From positions 237,956,001-238,020,000 of the forward strand of contig OZ024743.1 in the NCBI GenBank assembly GCA_964016885.1: a stretch of DNA of 64,000 bases. Direction: 5' to 3'. How positions within the stretch are numbered: position 1 is the stretch's first letter; every line of letters begins with the position of its first letter. Origin of the DNA: Eledone cirrhosa (Eukaryota). The notes below the pieces were generated by a model, which did not search any database, was not told the DNA's origin, and saw only the letters and a list, made by a program, of their open reading frames with translations. This document shows, one piece after another, positions 11,685 to 23,100 of the stretch. The position numbers and the translations under genes were made by a program.

Positions 11685-11686
<2 letters not shown>
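10456..11686. mobile_element. Fold-back PLE pseudo-LTR relic: inverted arms of about 400 bp, spacer of about 345 bp, tail of about 80 bp
   Basis: 10456-10859 is inverted against 11208-11607; the duplicated spurious ORF MSLSTHDW.. appears on both strands; (TA)n on both flanks. Confidence 0.85.
11497..11592 (+). ncRNA. Hammerhead-like motif, CUGAGAA core, long stem II (minus-strand copy at 10471-10565)
   Basis: ACCCC-CTGAGAA-G..CGGCTATTC..GAATTAGCCG TC-GAA-ACGGCT tgagctc AGCCGT-C-GGGGT. Confidence 0.65.
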
Positions 11687-11723
<37 letters not shown>

Positions 11724-11727
11724 TTAC

Positions 11728-11806
<79 letters not shown>

Positions 11807-11912
11807 CATATATATATATACCTATATATATACATATATATATATACCTATATATATACATATATATATATACCTATATATATATATACATATATATATA
11901 CATATATATATA

Positions 11913-11946
<34 letters not shown>

Positions 11947-11967
11947 TATATACATATATATATATAT

Positions 11968-12065
<98 letters not shown>

Positions 12066-12266
12066 GTACATATATATATATATATACACATATATATATA
12101 TAGATAGATAAATATACACGGGCGTGTATGATTGTGTATAGAAGATTATATTAATAAAAGGAATTCCAACTTTGTCTGATTTACTCGTTTTATTTACAAA
12201 CCTTTAACATTTATAATAGTATTATAATGAAATAGTATGGTAGAATATTAAATGTTAAGTGTTAAT

Positions 12267-12305
12267 TGAACAAGTACTTTCATGCTTTCGCAATCTTCTG
12301 GTTCA
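12267..12305 (-). ncRNA. Minimal type I hammerhead, CAGAAGA/CUU variant
   Basis: TGAAC-CAGAAGA-T TGC gaaa GCA T-GAAA-GTA-CTT-GTTCA; GNRA-capped stem II, palindromic stem III AGTACT. Confidence 0.7.
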
Positions 12306-12697
12306 TAATGTGTGGTGACAGTCAAGATTGCAATTTTCAACTGTAATGAGATGGGTAAATTTTGTACCTTATATACAGTGAAAAGTGGCTACAGAATGCT
12401 AAATCTTGCAAACTGTATTTCGACCAATCGGTGTGTAGTTTCACTGAATTACTAAATCTGATTGGTTTAGGCGTCACGATTGGTTGAGCATGTCTAACGA
12501 CCTCTAATTGATCCTATCCAAAGCATCAATTGTTTTGCTATTTTTAGAAATGATGAAAATAGCATTTTCTAGTAATCATCACCATCAACATCACTTTTTA
12601 TTATTATTATTGTTGTTGTTGTTGTTAGTTGTCGTAGTCGACATGGTCGTAGTCATAGTCATAGTAGGAGTAATTCCCCATTATCATTGTTCATTTA

Positions 12698-12888
12698 GGG
12701 CGGTGGATTGGCAGTATCGGTAGAGGGTCGGACGCCATGCTTTCCAGCATAGTTACGTCCCTTTACGATCTAGGTTCAAATCTCGCCGAGGTTGACTTTG
12801 CCTTTCATCCTTACGGGGTCGATAAAATAAAGTACCAGTAATGCACTGTGTAATTGCTGCCCTTGTGCCTAAAGTAGAAACAATTATT
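12698..12888 (+). mobile_element. tRNA-derived SINE family B, full length
   Basis: A box TGGCAGTATCGGT, B box GGTTCAAATCT, core CCGAGGTTGACTTTGCCTTTCATCC..GTCGATAAAATAAAGTACCAG (resembles conserved Nin/Deu-type SINE cores, from recall), (ATT)n tail. Confidence 0.88.
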
Positions 12889-14248
12889 GTTCATTTAGCT
12901 TGGGTTTGAATTTATCAATAATATTCCTTTCTTTGATTTTTCTCTTGATTTCACTTGGGCTGTGTAATTTGTAGAATGGGAATATTCCCTGACCACATGT
13001 TGCTAGATGGTTACTTAGGGGTATCTGATTGACATTTGGGTCTCTGATTTGCTGTCGGTGTACCCGTGCACGTTCCGATAGTGCATTTCCAGTTTGACCG
13101 ACATATAGTTCTTCACAATTCGGGCATTTAATGCAGTAAATTAGATTTCTGCTTTTGCAGTTCATATTTGCATTTGGGAATATTTTTCCAGTTTTTGTTT
13201 TCATATATTGACCGGTGTGTATGGATTGACATGTGCCACATCGACTATAATTGCATTTAGATACAGTGAATGATTGGTCTTTGTTGTTAAGGTCAAACTT
13301 TGCTTTTGTTAGTAATTGCTTCAAATTTTTCGGCTGTCTTTTACTAAGAGTCAAATATCGTTCTGTGATTAAGCCTTTTAATTCATTACTTTGAGCAATG
13401 ATCGGTAGGTTTGCTTTGGCAGTGTTGAAGATATTCTGGTGACATGGGTATGACCAGTTCTTGGTTTCTTCTTCCTTGGGTTGTTCTAAGTTGTTGTATA
13501 GGTATTTTTATAGCCCGCTGTATGCCATTTTCTATAAGTAGAGATGGGTATTTTTGTTTGAGCAAAAATTCTCTTAGTTCTGTTAGGCGTTTGTACCTGG
13601 TATTCGTATCTTCTACAATGGTACAAATTCTTCTGGCTAGGCAGTATGGGATGTTGCGTTTTGTATGAGGTGGATGGCACGACTTAAAATTCAGATATTG
13701 ATGGGTGTCTGTGTGTTTATAATATATATCCGTGGTAATAGTGGTGTCGTTTTTGATTATCATTATATCTAGGAATGGTAATTTGGTCCTACTCATCTCT
13801 TGTGAATTGGAGAGATGGGTGTAGGTTATTCAGGAGGATATTGAACTCATCCAGAGTATCTCGAGATTCTGTCCAGATGATGAAACAGTCGTCAAGGTAT
13901 CTCTTCCAAGATTTTTCAATGTACTTTCTAAAGTCAGTACTATATTTTTCCTCTATTTCTTGGTAGAGTTGTTGTTCTAAGTATCCCATATATACACATA
14001 TACATATGTATATATATATACATACATACATATATATATATATATATGACAATACTATATCTCATTTCACACCTTTTATTATTAAATGTTTCTGATGTTC
14101 TCTTGAGAGAATCGTTTTTGCTGAAAATATCGAATAATGTACACCATTTTTACCAGTATCACAAATAAACTGGTCCCCCCCACACACAGATACACACACA
14201 CACATATATACACACACACATACACACGCGTACACTAACATACAAGAG

Positions 14249-14308
<60 letters not shown>

Positions 14309-14417
14309 CTCCGTATGAGACAAGACTGAAAAATATCTTTCAACATGTTAAAATATCACCCCCACACGTACAGACACATTCCTACTGACCGATCCCTCTA
14401 CCACGAACTACTCTGCA

Positions 14418-14547
<130 letters not shown>

Positions 14548-14949
14548 TTGTCTTAATAGGCACCTGAACTGTTGACCCGTCAACATGACTGCAATTCACA
14601 CACACATCCCTACTGACCATTATCACAACAATGAACCTCTTTACTACGCACACAGACACACACACACACACACATATTTGTCTTAAAAAGTTATTTTTCA
14701 GTGACTTCTCAATCAGGCGAAAAAAGACACTCTTCGACAAACCTACATTTGGCGCAAAATCAATTTTTAACATTCACGTGACCTCTACCGACCAATCAAA
14801 ATTGTTTTGACCACAAGAAATTTTGCAACACGAATTGGCGCGAAACTTATTTTAATACCTCTGGAGCCACTTTTTTCACATAAAACAGGTAAAATTTCCA
14901 AAACTGATCAGATTAGAGCAAACATCACGGGCGCTCTATCTCAAAATTA

Positions 14950-14986
14950 TTTTTGAAAAGCATTAGAAAATGCGCAACCGATAAAA
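14950..14986 (+). ncRNA. Degenerate U3-A8 hammerhead relic
   Basis: TTT-TTGAAAA-GCAT tagaaa ATGC-GCAA-CCG-ATA-AAA, two changes from GAAACCGGTA. Confidence 0.4.
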
Positions 14987-15096
14987 ACTTAAAACCAAAA
15001 CTGAATACTAACCAATACTTATTACTAATTTTTACTTATTCCTAATTAAACTATTTTTCACTGGGAACAATTTGTCAGCATTTTCTTTTCCTTTTA

Positions 15097-15131
<35 letters not shown>

Positions 15132-15414
15132 ATATATATATACACATATACATACGCACGTACGAACACACACACGCACGCGCATGCACTCAACCACATG
15201 TATAAGAACATATACACAAATGTAGGTGTATATACACACATATACACACACATACACACATATACATACATATACATAAGACTATACAGACAAAAAACAA
15301 AGGCCTATAATCACCGCATATACACAACTAAAACTGTAAACACATGCATAGAGCCAAATAAGGGTATAATATAAACATAAACTCACACACGAGGAAAAAT
15401 ACATACAACCACAT

Positions 15415-15449
<35 letters not shown>

Positions 15450-15992
15450 CGCTTGAGATCGGTGTGAAAGTCGGACCTTCGTAAAGAGTTGAAAATCCGC
15501 CTCTTCATTGCTGTAGTGGAGTCTGTGCTGCTATACGGGTCTGAGACTTGGACACTGACCAAGAAACTCACTCAGATGGTGGCTGGGTGCTACACGAGAA
15601 TGCTGAGGATGGCTCTGAACATTAATCAGTATACACTGAGGGTGAAAAACTCAGAGCTGTATGGGAGCCTCCCAAAAGTCAGCTTAAAAGTGACACAGAG
15701 GAGACTGAGGTTAGCTGGACATGCTCACCGACAGCCAGAGTTGACATTGCACTCAGTGCTCCTGTGGGAGCCCCTACATGGACACACTGGAAGAGGAAGA
15801 CCAAGGTTAACGTATGTTGATGCCCTAAGGACAGACACTGGTCTGTTGGAGACGCAGGACATGGCAGCGATAATGAGGGACAGAGACCGCTGGAGAGAAC
15901 TCGTCCATGGATCTCTGGAATTTTACCCGCCCTAGAATACACATGATGGCTGCACCCTCGTTATCGAGTATGGCTAATGCACGATATACCAT
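15450..15992 (+). mobile_element. 3' fragment of an RTE/RTE-X-like LINE
   Basis: KIRLF..VESVLLYGSETWTLTK..YTRMLRMAL..RRLRLAGH..GRGRP..DRDRWR, followed by an (ATT)-rich tail. Confidence 0.85.
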
Positions 15993-15994
15993 TA

Positions 15995-16205
15995 TTAATA
16001 ATTATTAATTAATTCTATCTTGCAATGCCTGTGCGTGAAGATATTTTTTTAAAGTGAGGAAAGACTGTGCACTGAGCCAATCCCACTCTCTGAGCAACAG
16101 TAGCTATAACCCGAAAAGAAGAAAAGATTAACATAATCGGGAGCTACTGAGCCGCAGGTTTTATATTGGAGTTATCCCAGTTACCTGAGTTGCCTTCTCC
16201 TAGAA
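15995..16205 (-). mobile_element. Short interspersed repeat, inverted partner of 17741-17948
   Basis: Reverse complement aligns to TTCTAGGAGAAGGC..AAAACCTGCGGCTCAGTAG..GGGATTGGCTCAGT..ATAGAATTAATTAATAA. Confidence 0.75.
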
Positions 16206-16366
16206 GAATGCCCTACATATATATAAACATACATACAAATATACACACATACGCATATGTACAAATACATACGCACGCACATACACACACACACATATAT
16301 ATATATATATACATACACACAAACACATACACATAAAAATACATCTACACACATGTATATATATAC

Positions 16367-16399
<33 letters not shown>

Positions 16400-16564
16400 C
16401 ATATACACACATACATACACACACAATACATACACACTTACATATGCACACACACACACACACGTATATATATATATATACAATAAAGTATGTCCATAGA
16501 ATCATTTGATAAGATATATACACCATCTCCTGTGTGTATGTATGTGTGTGTGGGTATATATGGA

Positions 16565-16608
<44 letters not shown>

Positions 16609-16876
16609 TCCATATATACCCACACACACATACACACACACACACACACATACAAGTGTACACATACGAACAATATATATATATATATATATGTGATATA
16701 TATATATCACACACGCGACGCGACCAAATTTCAACCCAGCGACTACAACACCAGCAACAACAACAGCAACAACAACAACAACAACAACAAAAACAACTGC
16801 CAGCACCATCACTGACACCATCCACCACCATCACCATCACCAGCGATCAGGCCTTAAGAAGAAAACAACAACTATA

Positions 16877-16985
16877 ATAATTGTTTCTACTTTAGGCACA
16901 AGGCCAGCAATTACCCAGTGCATTACTGGTACTTTATTTTATCGACCCCGTAAGGATGAAAGGCAAAGTCAACCTCGGCGGGATT
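16877..16985 (-). mobile_element. SINE family B, 3' half (further tail fragments to about 17156)
   Basis: TTGTTTCTACTTTAGGCACAAGG..AGGATGAAAGGCAAAGTCAACCTCGGCGGGATTT. Confidence 0.85.
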
Positions 16986-17249
16986 TTCTGTTCTTGGCAC
17001 AGGGCAGCAATTGTCCCAGTGCATTGCTGTTGCCTTGTTTTGGGCCCGGAGCATGGAGGGCCGTAGCTCTATGCTGTAAAACAAACAATTATTCTAATAA
17101 TTGTTTCTACTTTTGGCACAAGGCCAGCAATTATCTCAGTGTATTACTGGTACTTTTATAATAATACTGAACAGTAAAACTCGGCTTCAATTATATGAGC
17201 TCCTTCTAAAGTCAACAGTTGACATGAACTTGTATCAGTAATGACGGTA

Positions 17250-17292
<43 letters not shown>

Positions 17293-17301
17293 TGTGTGTG
17301 T

Positions 17302-17342
<41 letters not shown>

Positions 17343-17448
17343 TGTGAGTGGCGTGTGTGTGTTTGTATGCATGAGTGTTGGTGTGTGAGTTAGTGTGTCT
17401 GTGTGCCGTACATATGAGTGTCAATAAGTGATTATTATTGTTCATTTA

Positions 17449-17640
17449 GGGCGGTGGATTGGCAGTATCGGTAGAGGGACGGAAGCCATGCTTTCCAGCA
17501 TAGTTACGTCCCTTTACGATTTGAGTTCAAATCCCGCTGAGGTTGACTTTGCCTTTCATCTTTACGGGGTCGATAAAATAAAGTACCAGTAATGCACTGG
17601 GTAATTGCTGGCCTTGTGCCTAAAGTAGAAATTATTATTA
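17449..17640 (+). mobile_element. SINE family B, full length
   Basis: Near-identical to 12698-12888. Confidence 0.88.
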
Positions 17641-17654
17641 TTTTTTTTTTTTTG

Positions 17655-17948
17655 CGCGGGGACATAGAAATAATCGGGCTGGATACCCGATCGCGCAGTT
17701 AAACCACTGGGGGCGAAGGACCCCTAGCTCTTGTCAGAGAATTCTTCTAGGAGAAGGCATCTCAGGAAACTGGGTTAACTCCGAAATAAAACCTGCGGCT
17801 CAGTAGTTACCTATGATGTTGATCTTTTCTTCTTTTCGGGTTATAGCTACTGTCGCCCAGGGAATGGGATTGGCTCAGTACACAGTCTTTCCTCATTTTA
17901 AAAATATTCTTCATGCACAGACATTGCATGATAGAATTAATTAATAAC
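17655..17948 (+). mobile_element. Short interspersed repeat, probably a non-autonomous RTE-related element
   Basis: Second copy at 15995-16205; GC-rich structured 5' part and TAA-rich tail. The RTE link is inference. Confidence 0.55.
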
Positions 17949-18194
17949 TATTAATAGTCTTAATAGTGTTATTGTTATTGTTATTGTTATTATTGTTATG
18001 ACCATGCTGTAAAATGGAGGGGTAGAGAGGGCCCATGAGTCCAGTAAGACATACTCTCTAGTGCTGGGGGCATGAATAAAAACACCCAGTCCATGCTGCA
18101 AAGAGGCACTGGTGTTAGAAAGGGCATGCAACCAGTGTATTAATGCCAAAACAATTATGAGCACAACAACAAATATATATCGGTAGTTCGAGTT

Positions 18195-20130
18195 AATAAT
18201 AGAATAATTTAGCTTAGATTAGTTGTAGGCAGGACTACTAACAATCATCTCTGCCTATGCTCCCCAAGCAGGCCTAGGTAAAGAAGAGAAAGACTGCTTT
18301 TACGAGCAACTTTTACAAACAGCCGCATTGACAGAGGACGGAGACATCGTTATGCTAGCAGGGAACTTCAATGGTCATGTTGGACAGCTCCAGGATGGAT
18401 ACACTGGTGTACATGGTGGGCACGGTTACGGCTCAAGAAATGAAGAAAGAGTGAGACTTCTTGAATTTTGTGATGCAAGTACACTGACCATTTGCAACAC
18501 TAACTTCCAGAAACCTGCTAACCACCAAACCTACAATCAGGCAAGCACATAAGCCAGATTGACTTCTTACTAGTTAGGCAGCGGCACAGGCAGATGGTGT
18601 CAAATACCAAGGCATACCCTGGGGAAGAATGTACCCCCACAACATAGGTTAGTCGTTAGTGATATCTCAGTAAGCAAGAGACGGAATGAGACATACAGGA
18701 AGGTGTGGAGAAGAAAGGTCTGGAAGCTAAAAGACCTCTCACTAAAATACAAATTTAGGAAAGACCTTCAAAATGTGTATGACGAAAAAGAAGACGATTT
18801 AGAGTCGTATGACATAGATGATAACTGGAATTTCTTACGTGAAAACTTCCTGCAGGCTACTGATGAAACTTGTGGCTGGAGCAGAGCTCCAAACCAGACA
18901 GAGAGTGACCTGGTGGTGGAACAGCACAGTAGATAGGGCCATTAGAGACAAAAGACTAGCATGGAAGGCTTGGGAAAAGGGAAAAGGGTGGGAGTAGAGA
19001 AGGATATACAGCCGCTAAGAGAGAAGCTAGACGTCAGCTGTATTTAGCACGCAGGGAGGCTGAGAGTAGGAGGTTTGCCAATGTTCTGCGACGGGAAAAT
19101 CAGAGACGTGCGGTGTTCCACATTGCAAGGCAGTGTGTCAATGCAAATCAGGATGTTGTTGGAGAAAAATGTGTCCGGAATGATGCCGGTGTACTTAATG
19201 TCACAAATGATCAGAAAAAGGAGGCCTAGAAATGTCATTATGAGAGACTGGTGAATGTGGAGAACGAATGGGAGAGAGATAAATTATCCCCAGTAGATCC
19301 GACAGAAGGACCAGCTATTGAGATTGACGAATATAGAGTCCAAGAGGTGATTAAGGAAGTGAAAAATGGTAAGGGGTTTAGTTACTGAGATGCTGAAGGC
19401 ATCAGGGGAAGTAGGCACTACACTGGTGGCACGCATTATCAATCAGGCTATATATGGCGGTTTCATACCGAAAGACTGGTGCAGCAGTATTCTCATAAAT
19501 TGCTACAAAAGTAAAGGGGAAGCTCTAGAGAGGAGCAATTATAGGGGAATAAAGCTGGGGGATCAGGTTATGAAAGTGGCAGAGAGAATATTAGCACAAC
19601 TGATGAGAGAAAGGGTAAAATTAGATGAGATGCAGTTTGGTTTTGTGCCCCGGAAAAGTACAACGGATGCCCTCTTCTTAGTGAGACAAATACAAGAGAA
19701 GTTCTTAGAGAAGAATAAGCCACTATACTTAGTTTATGTTTACTTAGAGAAGGCCTTTGATAGGGTGCCCTATCTGTCATCTGGTGGTCCCTAAGGAAAC
19801 TAGGTGTTGAGGAATGGCTTGTGAGGACAGTGCAAGCTATGTACAGAGGTGATGTCAGTAAAGTCAGGGTAGGAAAGGAGTTTAGTGAAGAATTCCCGAT
19901 ACAAGTAGGTGTACATCAGGGTTCGGTCCTCAGCCTGCTCTTGTTCATTATAGTCCTCTAAGCCATAACAGAGGAGTTTAAGACGGGCTGCCATGGGAAG
20001 TTCTCTATGCTGACGATCTGGTTCTTATAGCAGAATCAGTAGAGGAGCTAGGGAATAAATTCTGTAAACAGCAGTTGGAATTAAGAGGACTGAGAGTGAA
20101 CCTAGCTAAGCCAAAAGTGTTGATGAGTAG
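18195..20130 (+). mobile_element. RTE-clade LINE, decayed (AP endonuclease and RT), cut by the satellite
   Basis: TIISAYAPQ, AGNFNGHVG, QIDF, HRLVV, NYRGIKL, QFGF, LEKAFDRV, GVHQGSVLS, LYADD at 20003-20017; ends at KVLMSRK. Confidence 0.93.
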
Positions 20131-23100
20131 AAAAAACGGTCTCCAAACAAAAAACGAACACCCCAAAGAAAAAACGGACACCTCCAAATAAAGAACGTAC
20201 CTACCCAAATAAAAAAACCACCCGCCCCCAAATAAAAAAACGGACACCCCCAAATAAAGAACGAACCCTACTAAATAAAAAACGATACCCCTCTAAATAA
20301 AAAATGGATTCACCCAAATAAAAAACGGATCATCCCTAAATAAAAAACGTTCCGCCCCAAATAAAAAACGGCCACCCCGACCCCAAATAAAAAACGGTCC
20401 CACAAATGAAAAACGCCCCCTCCTCAAAATAAAAACGGACACCCTAATAAAAAACGGACCATCCCAAATAAAAAACGGAACCCCCCCGAATGAAGAACGG
20501 ATCCACCCAAATATAAAACGGATCCACCCCAAATGAAAAACGGCCCCCCAAATAAAAAACGGATCCCTCCAAATAAAAGTCGGACACCCCCAAATAAAAA
20601 ACGGAACCCCCTCCAAATAAAAAATGGATCCCTCCAAATAAAGAACGAACCCCACTAAATAAAGAACGGGTCCCCCTAAATAAAATACGAATCCACCCAA
20701 ATAAAAAACGGACCCACAAAGGAAAACGGCCACCCAAATAAAAAATGGATGCCCAAATAAAAAACGGAATCCAAATATAAATTGGATCTCCCAAATAAAA
20801 AAACGGACCCCCAACTAAAAAACGGAACCCCAAATAAAAAACGGATACCACAAATAAAAAACGGAACCACAAATAAAAAACGGATGCTACCAAATAAAAA
20901 ACGGACCCCGCCCAAATAAAAAACGGGCTCCCCAATTAAAAATGGACCCCCCCCCCCAAAAAAAAAACGGACCCCCAAATAAAAAACGGATCCCCTCCAA
21001 ATAAAAAACGGATCTCCCAAATAAAAAACCGATCGCCCCCAAATAAAAAACGGACCACCCCCTAAATAAAAAACGGGCCTCCAAATAAAAAACGGAGTCC
21101 CCCCAAATAAGAAATGGATCCTCCAAATAAGAAATGGATCCACCCAAATAAAAAACGGATCCCGCCCAAATAAAAAACGGAACTCCAAATAAAAAATAGA
21201 TCCCTCCACATAAAAATGGATCCCACCAAAAAACGGATCTCCAAATAAAAGACGGCCCCCAAATAAAAAACGTCCCCCCAAATATTAAACGCCCCCCCCC
21301 CCCAATAAGAAATGGATGCCCCAAATAAAAAATGGATCCCACCCAAATAAAAAATGTATCCCCCCAAATAAAAAACGGATCGCGGCCAAATACAAAAAGG
21401 ACCTCCAAATTAAAAATGGATCCCCCGAAATAAAAAATGGATCCCACAAAATAAAAATGGACCTCACCAATAAAAAACGGAACCCGAATAAAAAACGGAT
21501 CCCCCGAAATAAAAAAAAACGGCCCCCCAAATAAAAAACGGATACGCCAAATAAAAAACGGACCTCCAAATAAAAAACGAACTCCACCCCAATAAAAAAC
21601 GGACCCCATATAAAAAATGGAAATCCAGATAAAAAAACGGATCCCCCAATAAAAATCGGATCGCCCCCTCCCAATAAAAAACTGACCCCTAATTAAATAA
21701 CGGATCCCCCCAAATAAAAAAAAACGACGCCCCCCCAAATAAGAAATGGATCCCCCAAATAAAAAACGGACCTCCAAATAAAAAACGGATCCCTCCAAAT
21801 AAGAAACCGACCTCACCCAAATAAAAAACGGGCCCCCCAATTAAAAGTCCCCCCCCCCCACAAAAATGGACCCCAAATAAAAAACGGATCGCCCCCTAAT
21901 AAAAAACGGATACCGAAATAAAAAACGGACCCCCCCCCCAAATAAAAAATGACCCTCAAAAATAAAAAACGGATCCCCCCCAAATAAAAACGGAATAAAC
22001 GCCCGAATAAAAAAAGGACCTGCAAATAAAAAACGGAGCCCCCCCACCCCACATAAAAAATGGATATCTCCAAATAAAAAATGGATGCCCCAAAATAAAA
22101 AACGGATTCCGCCAAATAAAAAACGGACCGCTAAATGAATAACGGATGCCCAAATAAAAAATGGATACCCCGAAATAAAAAACAGAGCCACGCAATAAAA
22201 AACGGCTACCCCCCGAATAAAAAACGGACCTCCCCCCCAGATAAAAAACTGGCCCCACAATTATAAATGGCTCCCGCCAAAAAAACCGACCCCAAACAAA
22301 AAATGGATCGCCCCCAAATAAAAAACGGATCCCCCCCCCAAAATGGACCTCCAAATAAAAAACGGAACCCCCAATAAAAAACGGACCCCCAAATAAAAAA
22401 CGGGCCCCCAAATAAAAAATTGACCCCCAAATAAAAAATGAACCCCCAAAATAGAAAAACGAATCCCCCGAAATATTAAACGGAGCCCCCCCCCCAAATA
22501 AGAAGTGGATCCTCCAAATAAAAAATGGATCTCCCCCAAATAAAAAAACGGATCCCACCCAAATAAAAAACGGAGGCACCCACCCAAATAAAAAACGGAG
22601 CCCCCCAATAAAAAATGGACCCCCGAATAAAAAACGGCTCCCCCCCAAAATATAAAAAACAGTTCGCCCCACATAAAAAATGTATCCCACCCCACATAAA
22701 AAATGGATCCCACCAAAAAACGGTCCTCCAAATAAAAACCGGACCCCGCCAAATAAAAAACGGCCCCCCAAATAAAAGAAGGACCCCAAATAAGAAATGA
22801 ATCTTCCAAATAAAAAAAGGATTCCCCCAAATAAAAAATGGATCACCCCAAATAAAAAACGGATCCCGCCCAAATAAAAACGGACCTCCAAATAAAAAAC
22901 GGACCCCCTACCCAATAAAAAATGGATCCCCGCAAATAAAAGATGGATCCCACCAAATAAAAAACAGACCCCACCAAACAAATAAATGGATCCCACCAAA
23001 TAAAAAGCGGAACCCCCCCAATAAAAAACGGACCCACAAATAAAAAACTGACCCCCAAATAACAAATGACCCCCAAAAATAAAAAAACCGATCCCCCAAA

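Larger units (their letters stand above)
12135..13992 (-). mobile_element. Penelope-like element (Neptune-type linker), 5'-truncated: RT C-terminal half, GIY-YIG endonuclease and pseudo-LTR, interrupted by a SINE
   Basis: WKRYLDDCFIIW, LPFLD, DIYYKHTDTHQYL..SCHP, CNYSRCGTC, NLIYCIKC..LYVGQT, KPKLN; frameshifted; hammerhead variant downstream at 12267-12305. Confidence 0.9.

Noticed and set aside
17655-17740. Possible HDV-like ribozyme in the GC-rich head of the repeat
   Set aside because: Only simple hairpins could be built; the nested double pseudoknot could not be assigned by eye.
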